NCBI GenBank assembly: GCA_965204755.1
Contig: OZ242011.1
Location: 736,001-800,000, forward strand
Length of the DNA stretch: 64,000 nucleotides
Direction: 5' to 3'
Source of the DNA: Candidatus Marinacidobacterium sp.
GTDB taxonomy: Bacteria > Acidobacteriota > Vicinamibacteria > Marinacidobacterales > Marinacidobacteraceae
Shown: in pieces, positions 1-8,901 of the stretch
Numbering within the stretch: position 1 is the first letter of the stretch
How the letters are laid out: each line of letters opens with the position of its first letter
The notes under the pieces: model-generated
The model's input: only the letters and a program-made list of their open reading frames with translations
What the model was told of the DNA's origin: nothing
Database searches by the model: none
Position numbers and translations under genes: made by a program

Positions 1-1247
1 GAGAGCGCGCCGTGGAGCGCCGCCGGCCATTCCGCCTCCGCGCCGCCGCCGCCGACCGGCAACTTCGTCCCGGCGAGCGAGCGATACACCGCGGCGACTT
101 CGCCAGCCGCGTCCCCATTCCCCTCGCCGTTCCCCTCGACGGCGCGCACCGCCCGCTCCAGGATCGCCCCGGTATCCCCGGCGGGCGCCTTCGGGACCGT
201 CCGGGCCTCCGCCCATACCTCTTCTTCGTAGTCCTCCGCGACGGTCTCCACTTCCTCCGCGGGAACGCCGAAGAACCGGGACGCGAACCGCCGCGCCGCG
301 TCCGGTTCCCGCGAGTCCACGATGGTCGCGGAAGTGGCGATGCCGGTCGTCTCGTCCGGCGCGGCCCGGCAATAGGCGCGAAGCCGCCGGATGAGGCAGG
401 CGGTCTCGGCGCCGAACGCCCCGGTGAAGGTATGCGCCTCGTCGAACACCAGGTAGTCGAGCCGCGCGTCCCGGAACAGTTCGGCATCCTGCTGCCGCGT
501 GAGCAGGAGTTCGAGTTGCTTCACATTCGTGAGCAGGATGCGCGGCTGCCTCCCCGCCGTCCGCATCACTTCCCGCGAACGCGCTTCCTCCGCCGGACAG
601 ACGGTTTCGCCCTTCCCGGCGCGCTGCGCCTTCCTGAGCCGCGCCAGGTAATCCTCCCGAGAACTCCCGGCCGGCAGCGCGACGCCCGCCACTTCCGCCT
701 CCGTCTCCGGCGTCTTCCCGACATACAGCCCGAAGGGAATGCGCGTCCCGGCGAGCAGCGACCGCAGCCGCATCAACTGGTCGTCCGCCAGCGCGTTCAT
801 CGGATAGACGATGACCGCGCTGATCCCCGGCGCCGCGCCTTCGTCCCGAAGTTCCAGGCAGCGGCTCACGACCGGGTAGAGGAAACACTCGGTCTTCCCG
901 GAACCGGTGCCGGTGGAAACCAGCGTGGTCTTCCCGGCGGCGATGGCGCGGATCGCCTTCTCCTGGTGCCCGTAGAGCCGCGTAACCTGCTCCGGCAGCC
1001 GATCCACCAAGTGCGGGTGGAGCAGCCCTTCCGCCACGAGTCCGGAGAGCGCCGCCCCCGGCCGAAACGGCCGCGACAGGCTGATGTACGGCCCCTTGAG
1101 CAGCGGCGACCGCCGCGTCTCGTCGAGCGACAGCAACTCCTTCATCTGCGCGTGCAGGTGCGGCGCGGCGAAGGGATACGCGGTGAGTTGGTACCGGAGG
1201 AAACTCCGCACCACCTTGTCGGTATACGCGACCGGATTCAGCGCCAT
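1..1247 (-). CDS. Large SF2 DEAH-box helicase (YprA/DUF1998-type, as found next to DrmD and a methyltransferase); 5' part only, continues beyond the window
   Basis: Manual minus-strand translation from ATG 1247: MALNPVAYTDKVVRSFLRYQ...LYGHQEKAI (Q motif), STGTGSGKT (Walker A), VYPMNALADDQ (Ia), LLTN, LVFDEAH (motif II), TSAT (III). Not in the ORF track because there is no stop in the window; the + strand 12..1706 ORF is its antisense shadow. Confidence 0.9.
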   Translation of the reverse strand, partial: MALNPVAYTDKVVRSFLRYQLTAYPFAAPHLHAQMKELLSLDETRRSPLLKGPYISLSRPFRPGAALSGLVAEGLLHPHLVDRLPEQVTRLYGHQEKAIRAIAAGKTTLVSTGTGSGKTECFLYPVVSRCLELRDEGAAPGISAVIVYPMNALADDQLMRLRSLLAGTRIPFGLYVGKTPETEAEVAGVALPAGSSREDYLARLRKAQRAGKGETVCPAEEARSREVMRTAGRQPRILLTNVKQLELLLTRQQDAELFRDARLDYLVFDEAHTFTGAFGAETACLIRRLRAYCRAAPDETTGIATSATIVDSREPDAARRFASRFFGVPAEEVETVAEDYEEEVWAEARTVPKAPAGDTGAILERAVRAVEGNGEGNGDAAGEVAAVYRSLAGTKLPVGGGGAEAEWPAALHGAL

Positions 1248-1318
1248 TACGATTCGATGTCCTCGATGATATCAGTTGCGGCTGCTAATGGCCTCAGTTG
1301 CATCCACCTTCATCCGCT

Positions 1319-2008
1319 TCACGGGTTCTCAGCGACGTCTGGACGACTGCTGGCAAAGCAACTATCCGCTATCTTTTGCGGGATGAAGGAACAGATCGTG
1401 CATTGCGCCTCAAACCTGAGCAGCTCCGTGTCGTCGTTTGCCGACTGCGTTACGACACCGACCACACACAACTCCCCATGTTTCTTTCCTTCGACGACTA
1501 CAGGGGCACCGCTCATTCCGCGTGGAACCGGACGATCGACGACAAACTGCTCCTTCCGATCGTCTTTCTGGAGGACCTCCTTCTCTTCTCTGCTCCAGTT
1601 TCCGACATACGACATGCGACCGCCGAAAATGAACGGAAAAGTGCGTTCGAATACATACCTGTTTAGGGTAGCCGGGAAACCCGGAATCAGTACTTCTTTC
1701 CCATGAGCGGACACCGTCCGGTCAACAGAAAGCACGAGATCGTTTCGCGTTGGCCGCATCGGCGCGAAGGCGATGTCAAGATCGCGTAGGACTTGAAATG
1801 ACGACCGAGAAAGACGAATCCACTCATTGGTTGAGTAGTAGACGCCCAGTTCCGGATTACCGTCGCTTTCAAGACAGTGAGCAGCCGTTACGAGAAAGTC
1901 ACTCTGGCCACTCTTTGTGGGCAGAAAGAACGCGGTCCCGAAATTCTCTCCGCACCGGATTCGCAGAGTTCGCATGAGCACCGGAGCGGTCGGGACAAGT
2001 CCCATCAC
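1319..2008 (-). CDS. Trypsin-like serine protease
   Basis: GTAF...LVTAAHC (catalytic His), DLDIAF (Asp), GMSGAPV (Ser); GGAGGAGG RBS upstream; lower GC than neighbours. Confidence 0.85.
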   Translation of the reverse strand: MMGLVPTAPVLMRTLRIRCGENFGTAFFLPTKSGQSDFLVTAAHCLESDGNPELGVYYSTNEWIRLSRSSFQVLRDLDIAFAPMRPTRNDLVLSVDRTVSAHGKEVLIPGFPATLNRYVFERTFPFIFGGRMSYVGNWSREEKEVLQKDDRKEQFVVDRPVPRGMSGAPVVVEGKKHGELCVVGVVTQSANDDTELLRFEAQCTICSFIPQKIADSCFASSRPDVAENP

Positions 2009-2151
2009 TTCCTCCTCCCACCATCACGCAGCGTGCGAATGTCCGGGCCTCGGCCTTGATGGTGGAGGACACCCTCTCCACTCGGAATGTGAACGACTGT
2101 TCGGCGATATGGCGAAAGCACGGTTACGGCCACTCCTTCGGTGGGACAGTA

Positions 2152-2180
2152 GGTATCACAGTGACACCGGATGCTAGAAT
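2152..2180 (+). promoter_or_regulatory. Candidate operator palindrome plus extended -10 in the divergent protease/XRE-1 intergenic region
   Basis: GGTATCAC-A-GTGACACC (2152-2168) is a near-perfect inverted repeat; TG-c-TAGAAT at 2172-2180. Confidence 0.5.
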
Positions 2181-2191
2181 GATATCTCAGG

Positions 2192-3364
2192 GTGGCAAGG
2201 GGGGCCGCACTCCCGGAGAGTCTCGTGTCCGCAGAGAACCACATCCCGGCCAACCTGGCCCGGTTGCGGCTGGATCGGGGGTTGACGCAGGCGCAACTCG
2301 CCGAGAAGGCCGGGATCTCCCGGGTCGCCGTGGGGAAGATCGAGCGGGGCGCCGTGCTCCCGAAGACGACCACGACGGCGCTGCTGGCGCGGGCGCTCCG
2401 CACCTCCTACGGCGACCTCGTTCTCCCGGTCCGGCCCCTCCGGAGCGTCAGGTTCCGGGCGCGGGCCCGGGTGCACGGCCGGGAGCAGATCCTCGCGGAA
2501 GTGTCCCGGTGGCTGGACGGCTACTCGATGCTCGAGGACGTCCTCGACGACCGGCGCCCTTTCCGCTTCGGGGCAGCGCGGCGGAAACGGCGCGCACCGG
2601 ACCCGGCGGCGGCCGCCCGCGCCGCCCGGAAGGCGGCCGGTCTCGGCCCGGATGCCCCCATCGTGGACATCTGCCGACTGGTGGAGGAGAACGGCGTCAA
2701 GGTCCTTCCGCTCAACAAACAGCGGGAGTCGTTCTTCGGCCTCAGCGTCGGGCCGGTGGACGGCGGGCCGGCGGTCGTGGCGAACACTTGGGATCGAATC
2801 TCCGTCGAGCGGTGGATCTTCACCGTCGCCCAAGAACTCGGCCATCTGCTGCTCCACCCGCGCGAGTACGAGGCGGCGGTCAAGGACCATCCCGTTTCCG
2901 CGGAACGGGAAGCGGACGCCTTCGCCGCCGAATTCCTCATGCCCGAGGCCGCCTTCGGGCCGGCGTGGGACGCCTTCGCCGGCTACCCGCTGGTGGACCG
3001 CGTCCTCCGGGTCAAGCGCGCGTTCCGCGTCAGTTACCGGGCGGTGCTGTACCGGCTCGTGGCCATCGGCCGCGAGACGCCCGACCTCTGGGCCGCGTTC
3101 CAGCGGCAGTACCGAGACCGCCACGGACGAGCGCTCGGCAGCGTGGACGAACCGAACGCGCTCGCGGAGAGCGCCTTCTCCTGGCGGTGGCGCCGCGCCG
3201 AGGAGCCCGTCGCGCTGACGGAATTCGACTTCATGGAGACCCGACTGCACCGTCTCGTCCGGCGAGCGCTGGTCGAGGGCGAGGTCTCCATGAGCCGCGG
3301 CGCGGAAATCCTGGGACTCCCGCTGGAGGACCTGCGGAAGTGGGTCCGAGGCTGGGGCCGGTAG
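2192..3364 (+). CDS. XRE HTH-ImmA/IrrE (M78) metallopeptidase fusion, copy 1; zinc motif altered to QELGH
   Basis: NLARLRLDRGLTQAQLAEKAGISRVAVGKIERG (HTH_3); FTVAQELGH; EREADAFAAEFLMP. Confidence 0.9.
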   Translation: MARGAALPESLVSAENHIPANLARLRLDRGLTQAQLAEKAGISRVAVGKIERGAVLPKTTTTALLARALRTSYGDLVLPVRPLRSVRFRARARVHGREQILAEVSRWLDGYSMLEDVLDDRRPFRFGAARRKRRAPDPAAAARAARKAAGLGPDAPIVDICRLVEENGVKVLPLNKQRESFFGLSVGPVDGGPAVVANTWDRISVERWIFTVAQELGHLLLHPREYEAAVKDHPVSAEREADAFAAEFLMPEAAFGPAWDAFAGYPLVDRVLRVKRAFRVSYRAVLYRLVAIGRETPDLWAAFQRQYRDRHGRALGSVDEPNALAESAFSWRWRRAEEPVALTEFDFMETRLHRLVRRALVEGEVSMSRGAEILGLPLEDLRKWVRGWGR

Positions 3365-3384
3365 GCGATCCGTCGCCGGCGAGA

Positions 3385-3424
3385 TGATTTTCATGTTGCC
3401 GAAATCAGGAAAGGATGATAGACT
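3385..3424 (+). promoter_or_regulatory. Sigma70-type promoter for XRE copy 2 with an overlapping inverted repeat
   Basis: TTGCCG (3396-3401), 17 bp, TAGACT (3419-3424) with TG extension; TGATTT...AAATCA arms (3385-3390 and 3402-3407) straddle the -35. Confidence 0.6.
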
Positions 3425-3455
3425 CACTTCCGAGGAAGCGCAAGGAGGCGTCACC

Positions 3456-4592
3456 GTGGGGAAAAGCCCCGTGGGCGCGAATCTCGCCCGGCTCCGCGTG
3501 GACCGCGGGCTGACCCAGGCCGCCCTCGCAGCGAAGGCCGGGGTGTCCCGGGTCGCGATCGGACAGGCCGAGAGGGGCGATGTCGTCCCCCGGACCCAGA
3601 CGCTGCTCGACTTGGCGAGCGCGCTCGACACCACCCTCGGGGACTTGCTGACGCCGGTGCGCCCGCTCCGGAGCGTCCGGTTCCGGGCGCATGCGCGGAT
3701 GAAGGGCCGCGAGCAGGTCCTGGCCGAGGTCTCCAAGTGGCTCGATTCCTACCGGATGCTCGAACGCATGCTCGACGAACGCCGGCACTTCGGCTTCGCC
3801 TCGGTCGTCCGCCGGGGCGGCGACACCGAGCCGGAGGAAGTCGCCCGACAGGCCCGTCGCGCCATCTCCCTCGACGAGGACGCCCCGATCCCGGACATCT
3901 GCTGGATCCTCGACGACCACGGGGTCAAGGTCCACCTGATGGACAAGAAGCGCGAGTCGTTCTTCGGCCTCAGCGTGGGCGCGGAAGACGGAGGCCCGGC
4001 CGTGGTCGTGAACACCTGGAACCGGATCTCGGTCGAACGGTGGATCTTCACGGCCGCGCACGAACTCGGTCACCTGCTGCTCCATTCCGACCAGTACGAC
4101 CCCGAAGCGACGGAACACCCCGATTCGTCGGAAAAGGAGGCCGACCAATTCGCCGGGGAGTTCCTGATGCCGGAAGCCGCCTTCGCACGGGCTTGGGACG
4201 CGACGCGGGGGCGTTCGTTCGTCACGCGCGTGCTCATGGTCAAACGGATGTTCCGCGTCAGTTACCGGACCGTGCTCTATCGGCTCATGGCCACGGGCCG
4301 CAGGACGCCCGATGTGTGGAAGTCGTTCCAGATCGAGCATCAGCGCCGCTTTGGTAAGACGCTCCGCGGGGCCGACGAACCGCAACCGCTCACCGAGAGC
4401 GACTTCGCTTGGCGGTGGCGGCGCGCGGACGAGCCGGCGAGGTTGACGGAGCACGACTTTCTCGGCGACCGCCTGCGTGGCATGGTTCGTTTGGCGCTGG
4501 AGCGCGACCGTCTTTCGCTGGGCCGCGCCGCAGAGGTGATGGGGATGCATCTCGAGGATGTGAGAGAGTGGGTCGTCGAATGGGCGCGGTAG
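3456..4592 (+). CDS. XRE HTH-ImmA/IrrE metallopeptidase fusion, copy 2 (intact HELGH)
   Basis: Same architecture as copy 1; FTAAHELGH, EKEADQFAGEFLMP; start set at GTG 3456 behind AGGAGG (ORF track starts at 3384). Confidence 0.9.
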   Translation: MGKSPVGANLARLRVDRGLTQAALAAKAGVSRVAIGQAERGDVVPRTQTLLDLASALDTTLGDLLTPVRPLRSVRFRAHARMKGREQVLAEVSKWLDSYRMLERMLDERRHFGFASVVRRGGDTEPEEVARQARRAISLDEDAPIPDICWILDDHGVKVHLMDKKRESFFGLSVGAEDGGPAVVVNTWNRISVERWIFTAAHELGHLLLHSDQYDPEATEHPDSSEKEADQFAGEFLMPEAAFARAWDATRGRSFVTRVLMVKRMFRVSYRTVLYRLMATGRRTPDVWKSFQIEHQRRFGKTLRGADEPQPLTESDFAWRWRRADEPARLTEHDFLGDRLRGMVRLALERDRLSLGRAAEVMGMHLEDVREWVVEWAR

Positions 4593-5098
4593 GTGGCGCC
4601 GCCCCGAAACCCGGTCTTCTCGCGGACGCCAATGTCGTCATCGACTACGCCAACTCCGACATCGAGATCCTGACTCTCGTGGGCGCGCGGATCGGCCCCC
4701 TCGCGGTGGCGGCGTCCGTGTTCAACGAAGTGCGGCAAGTGACACGCGAGGACTGTGACCGACTCGGAATCTCCGTGATCACAACTACGGACGAGCAAGG
4801 CGCTCGCGCCCTGGTGATGGAATCGGCCTGCTCGTTCCACGACCGCTTGGCCTTCATCATCTGCCAAGACGAGGGGCGGGTCTGTGTAACCAACGACCGC
4901 GGCCTACAGGAACTCTGTGAGGCGAACGGCGTACCGACCCGATTCGGCCTCGGCTTGATGATCGACCTCGTTCGCTGCGGCGCCCTCGATCCGGATCGCG
5001 CGTTGGCGGTCTCCCAACAGATCGGGGTGACCAACCCGCTGTTCATCAACGAAAAAGTCCTCGGTCAGTTCGCCGAGGCGCTCGCCGCCCTCAACTGA
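4580..5098 (+). CDS. PIN-domain protein (putative ribonuclease toxin) coupled to XRE copy 2
   Basis: ATG 4580 overlaps the end of copy 2; LLADANVVID, VFNEV, FHDRLA, VTNDRGL give the PIN acidic-residue pattern. Confidence 0.8.
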   Translation: MGAVGGAAPKPGLLADANVVIDYANSDIEILTLVGARIGPLAVAASVFNEVRQVTREDCDRLGISVITTTDEQGARALVMESACSFHDRLAFIICQDEGRVCVTNDRGLQELCEANGVPTRFGLGLMIDLVRCGALDPDRALAVSQQIGVTNPLFINEKVLGQFAEALAALN

Positions 5099-5160
5099 CG
5101 CCGACGGCCCGAAGGCGGGCCCTTACCGAAGACCGCGCGTGTGACGCTGCTCCGGGATGG

Positions 5161-5608
5161 AGCCGTCGCCGGCCATCACGCGGAGGCGCGTGAGGCCGCA
5201 CGGGTCGGGCTCCGGGTGCTTGCCAAGCGCCATACGACGGGTGCTCCCACACCGGCCCCGGCCGCCTTGCGCCCTAGAAGTCGGTTCTCGGCAGGGTGTC
5301 CGACAGGGCCTTTTCTCCCGCGAGGTCAGCGACCAGTGCCTCGACCCGCCGCCTCCACTCTGGATCCGGGGAACAAATCGCCCTGATCTCGCCAGTATCG
5401 GTCTGGAACACCATGAAGAACCGGCCTTCGTCGTCTTTCTCGAATTGAACGAGATTCTTCGGATCGATTCCGTGCACTTCCAGAACCTTCGGGATCAACT
5501 CATCGAGGAAGCGCTTGAATGTGTTGGACGCGATGGCGAGCGGAAACTCGTGAATGACTTGGGGCTCCTCCGGAGTGTAGCCGTCGCCGGCCATCACGCT
5601 GAGGCGCG
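5161..5608. repeat. 30-bp direct repeat pair (5161-5190 and 5579-5608)
   Basis: AGCCGTCGCCGGCCATCACGC(G/T)GAGGCGCG, one mismatch; each copy contains a minus-strand ATG start (MAGDG). Confidence 0.85.
5274..5594 (-). CDS. Hypothetical protein (~106 aa)
   Basis: Protein-like composition from MAGDGYTPEEPQVIHEFPL; no recognisable motif. Confidence 0.5.
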   Translation of the reverse strand: MAGDGYTPEEPQVIHEFPLAIASNTFKRFLDELIPKVLEVHGIDPKNLVQFEKDDEGRFFMVFQTDTGEIRAICSPDPEWRRRVEALVADLAGEKALSDTLPRTDF

Positions 5609-6033
5609 CCGCCTTCGGTGCTCTCCTTCGGCGGGGTGCCTTCCGATTCCCGGGAGTCGTCCGACGAGGCCCCATCCGACCTCTCCGACAGATCTCTGGG
5701 CGGCAAGTCCTGCGGTCGATAGACACGCAGGCGCTTCGTGATGACGAGAGCGCCCGCCTCGCACAATTGCTTGACGGCGTGACCACCCGCAGGGAACCGG
5801 CCGATGGCGTCCTTCGGCTCCAGCGCCGCTACGGGTGAGGTGAGATTCTCCTTCACCAACTCCGCGAAGTGGGCGTAGACCGCCCCGATGAGTTTGGCAG
5901 GCGCGGGGTCATGCTCCCTGATGAGAGTCTCCAGTGCGATGCCCGGCTGTCGCTCGACGACATCCAGCAACGCACGCCCATGCTCGGTGAAACGGGCGCG
6001 GAACATGGCGTCCTTGAACGAAATCGTCTGCAT
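5500..6033 (-). CDS. Hypothetical protein
   Basis: AAGGAGG RBS before ATG; first ~110 aa look globular, the tail is low-complexity and overlaps the next ORF. Confidence 0.55.
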   Translation of the reverse strand: MQTISFKDAMFRARFTEHGRALLDVVERQPGIALETLIREHDPAPAKLIGAVYAHFAELVKENLTSPVAALEPKDAIGRFPAGGHAVKQLCEAGALVITKRLRVYRPQDLPPRDLSERSDGASSDDSRESEGTPPKESTEGGAPQRDGRRRLHSGGAPSHSRVSARHRVQHIQALPR

Positions 6034-6202
6034 GATCCCTCCTTGGGAGTAGGAGCCGGAAGGCTACGCGCCACCCCCGCCGGCTCCGCCGCCACGACGG
6101 TGGCGCTCCCGTCGCGCCGCCTTGCCGTTGACCCCAAAGGGGCAGTGCGACGGGCCCGGCATCATGGAACGCTCCGGCCATTCTAGCAAGCCGTCGGAAG
6201 GG

Positions 6203-6330
6203 CGGCGGGGCCTGGGGTCCGCTGGCGGAGGCCGGGGGTCCGCCGGCGGAGGCCGGGGTTCCGGCGGCGGAGGCCGGGGGTCCGCCGGCGGAGGCCGGGG
6301 TTCCGGCGGCGGAGGCCGGGGTTCCGGCGG
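6203..6330. repeat. 21-bp tandem repeat, ~6 copies
   Basis: GGCGGAGGCCGGGG(G/T)TCCG(C/G)C units at 6224, 6245, 6266, 6287, 6308 plus a degenerate first unit. Confidence 0.9.
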
Positions 6331-6380
6331 CTGGTGAGGCGGGAGCCGGGGCACCGGCGGCGGGTGGGCGGGGCCGGGGG

Positions 6381-7598
6381 TCATGGCCGGCGGGGCCGGA
6401 TGGTGAGGCGGAGTTCGTTGCCGAAGAGTTCGTACTCCGGGCGGCGGCCGGAGTGGGCCTCGCCGCGGTTCAGGATCGTGGTCACGCCCTCCCTCCGCCA
6501 CTCCATGAAGGCGCGGCCCGCGCGCCGGCTGTGGAGTTTCCGGAGGAAACCGACGAGGAGTTGGTTGCGGGTGAAGGTCCGGTAGGGCAACTCCTCGACG
6601 GTCAGGTCGTTCGGCGGTTTGCCCGGGCTGTGGATCTCCAGGCGGTCGGCATACAGGAAGAGGCGGATCTTCGCGCCGTGGATCGAGTAGTCGCGGTGCG
6701 CGACGGCGTTGACGACGGCCTCCGCGACGACATCCAGGTCATACGGCGCCGCGCCGCCCTCCGCGCCGTCGCCGCGGGACATGAAGCGGGCGACGAACGC
6801 CGTCGCGGCGTCTATCTGGTCGGCGACGCGGCCGGCGAGTCGCTCCTCGTGGACCGGTTGCCTCGACGACGACTCGACGCCGCCGTAGCAGGCCGCCTCG
6901 ATGAATGCGAACGGCAGGAAGTCCGTCGGGTCGCGCCCGAAGCACAGGAGACCCGCGACGGTGGGTCGGTCCCCGCCGTCCCCGTCCCGACCGGTCACCC
7001 CGGTGTTGCGCAGCAGGTCGAACCACGGGAGTTTCGGCGCCCGGCCGAAGAAGGCTTCCAGCCGTTTCCGGTCGAGGGCCTCCACCGACGCATCGAAGAC
7101 GACCTGCCGGTCGAACACGAAACGCCGTTCGCGTTCCCGGAACAGCCCTGCGAGTTCTTCCGTTGACAGGCGACTCGTCGTCGGGCCGGCGCGGGCGTAG
7201 CAGCGGCCGCCGGAAGTCCGGTGCACGAAGATGCCCCGGGGAACTTCCACGACGAGGACTCGACGCCATTCCTCCCCGTCCTCCCCGGACTCCCGAAGCC
7301 GCTCCGCCCGAATCGTCGGTCGGACGGGCGGGTCGCAATCGTTCGCCGCCACCTCGGCGACCCAGCGCCGCGCCTCGGCGGAGCGTTCTTCCGGCACGCC
7401 GACGACGCCCCCCGCCTCGTCCACGCCGAGCAGGAGCAGCCCGCCGTAGGCATTCGCCAGCGCCACGAGTTCGGCGGCGGCTTCTTCCCGCGAGGGAGCG
7501 ACGACTTCGCGTTCGTCCAGCCGGATTGCCGCGAACACCGTCGTCCCGTCCTCGCCTGTCCGAATCCGGGAGAGGACTTGCTCCGAGGTCTCGCGCAC
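6381..7598 (-). CDS. AlbA_2/Schlafen-like domain plus HATPase_c_4 (RecG-C-like) protein
   Basis: ELVALANAYGGLLLLGVDEAG (AlbA_2 core); EAVVNAVAHRDYS, DRLEIHSPG, RNQLL (HATPase_c_4). Confidence 0.85.
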   Translation of the reverse strand: MRETSEQVLSRIRTGEDGTTVFAAIRLDEREVVAPSREEAAAELVALANAYGGLLLLGVDEAGGVVGVPEERSAEARRWVAEVAANDCDPPVRPTIRAERLRESGEDGEEWRRVLVVEVPRGIFVHRTSGGRCYARAGPTTSRLSTEELAGLFRERERRFVFDRQVVFDASVEALDRKRLEAFFGRAPKLPWFDLLRNTGVTGRDGDGGDRPTVAGLLCFGRDPTDFLPFAFIEAACYGGVESSSRQPVHEERLAGRVADQIDAATAFVARFMSRGDGAEGGAAPYDLDVVAEAVVNAVAHRDYSIHGAKIRLFLYADRLEIHSPGKPPNDLTVEELPYRTFTRNQLLVGFLRKLHSRRAGRAFMEWRREGVTTILNRGEAHSGRRPEYELFGNELRLTIRPRRP

Positions 7599-7683
7599 CG
7601 TGTTCCGCTCCGGAGGCTAACGCGCTCCGGCGACCCACCGGGCGTCCGGCGACGGTCGGGCGCGACCCGCCACGGCCCGTTCC

Positions 7684-7716
7684 CGAAAAGTCTCTTTTCG
7701 ACTCACACGGTAGGAT
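7684..7716 (+). promoter_or_regulatory. Palindrome and -10 element upstream of XRE copy 3
   Basis: CGAAAAG-TCT-CTTTTCG perfect 7-bp arms (7684-7700); TAGGAT at 7711-7716; lies in a divergent intergenic region. Confidence 0.5.
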
Positions 7717-7725
7717 TGAAACATC

Positions 7726-8901
7726 ATGCCTCCCGCCGCCCCCGACCCCGGAGCGGCCCCCACCGAGGCCCGCTGCATCCCCGCCAACCTGGCGCGGCTG
7801 CGGCTCGACCGGGGCCTCACCCAAGGCGACCTCGCCGCGAAGGCCGGGCTGGCCCGGGCCTCCGTCGGACGGATCGAGCGCGGCGGAGTGACCCCGCGGA
7901 CCGGGACGCTGGAAACCCTCGCGAAGGCGCTCGGCGCAACCCTCGGCGACCTGGTCCTCCCGGTGCGGCCGCTGCGAACCGTGAGGTTCCGGGCGCGCGC
8001 CCGGATGCACGGCCGGGAACAGGTCCTCGCCGAAGTGTCGAAGTGGCTCGACGGCTACCTGCTGCTGGAATCCCGCCTCGACGACTCCCCCGAGTTCGGG
8101 TTCCGGCCGGCCCGGCGCCTCGACCCGGCGGCGCGCCCCCGCGCGGTCGCCGGCGCCGCCCGGCAGGCGGTCGGCTTCCCGCCGGACGCGCCCATCCCGG
8201 ACCTCTGCCGCCTCCTGGAGGAGAACGGCGTCAAGGTGCTCCCGCTGAAGACCCGGCGGGACTCGTTCTTCGGACTCAGCGTCGGGCCGGAAGACGGGGG
8301 GCCGGCCGTGGTCGTGAACACCTGGGAGCGGATCTCGGTGGAGCGCTGGATCTTCACCGCCGCCCACGAACTCGGCCACCTGCTGCTCCACCCGGACGAG
8401 TACCGCGAGCCGACGGCGGACCTTCCGACGCCGCCGGCGGCGGAACGGGAGGCGGACGCCTTCGCCGGCGAATTCCTGATGCCCGAATCCGCCTTCGCCC
8501 CCGCCTGGGAGGCGAGCCGGGGCGACCCGTTCCTGTCCCGCGTGCTGAAACTGAAGCGGATCTTCCGCGTCAGTTACCGGACGGTGCTCCACCGGCTGAC
8601 CGCAACCGAGCGCGCTTCCGGCGAGGCGTGGACCGTGTTCCGGGCGCAATACCGCGAACGGTACGGAGGGACGCTCGGCAAGGCCGACGAACCGTTCCCC
8701 ATCACGGAGAGCGCCGCCCGGAAGTGGCGGCGCGCCGACGAACCGGACGGCCTCTCCAGCAACGACTTCGGCGGAAACCGGCTCTCCCGGCTCGTGCGCC
8801 GCGCCCTCGACGAAGAGGTCATCACGATGGGCCGCGCCGCCGAGATCATGGGTCTCCGCCGCGCGGCCATGAGGGGGTGGATGCGGGGATGGGTCGCGTA
8901 G
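7726..8901 (+). CDS. XRE HTH-ImmA/IrrE metallopeptidase fusion, copy 3 (intact HELGH)
   Basis: NLARLRLDRGLTQGDLAAKAG; FTAAHELGH; EREADAFAGEFLMP; long identical peptide blocks shared with copies 1 and 2. Confidence 0.9.
   Translation: MPPAAPDPGAAPTEARCIPANLARLRLDRGLTQGDLAAKAGLARASVGRIERGGVTPRTGTLETLAKALGATLGDLVLPVRPLRTVRFRARARMHGREQVLAEVSKWLDGYLLLESRLDDSPEFGFRPARRLDPAARPRAVAGAARQAVGFPPDAPIPDLCRLLEENGVKVLPLKTRRDSFFGLSVGPEDGGPAVVVNTWERISVERWIFTAAHELGHLLLHPDEYREPTADLPTPPAAEREADAFAGEFLMPESAFAPAWEASRGDPFLSRVLKLKRIFRVSYRTVLHRLTATERASGEAWTVFRAQYRERYGGTLGKADEPFPITESAARKWRRADEPDGLSSNDFGGNRLSRLVRRALDEEVITMGRAAEIMGLRRAAMRGWMRGWVA

Noticed and set aside
12-1706. 564-aa + strand ORF
   Set aside because: Antisense shadow of the minus-strand helicase and protease; no motifs.
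6203-6330. Gly-rich or Pro-rich small proteins over the 21-bp repeat
   Set aside because: Simple VNTR translations with no RBS or other support.
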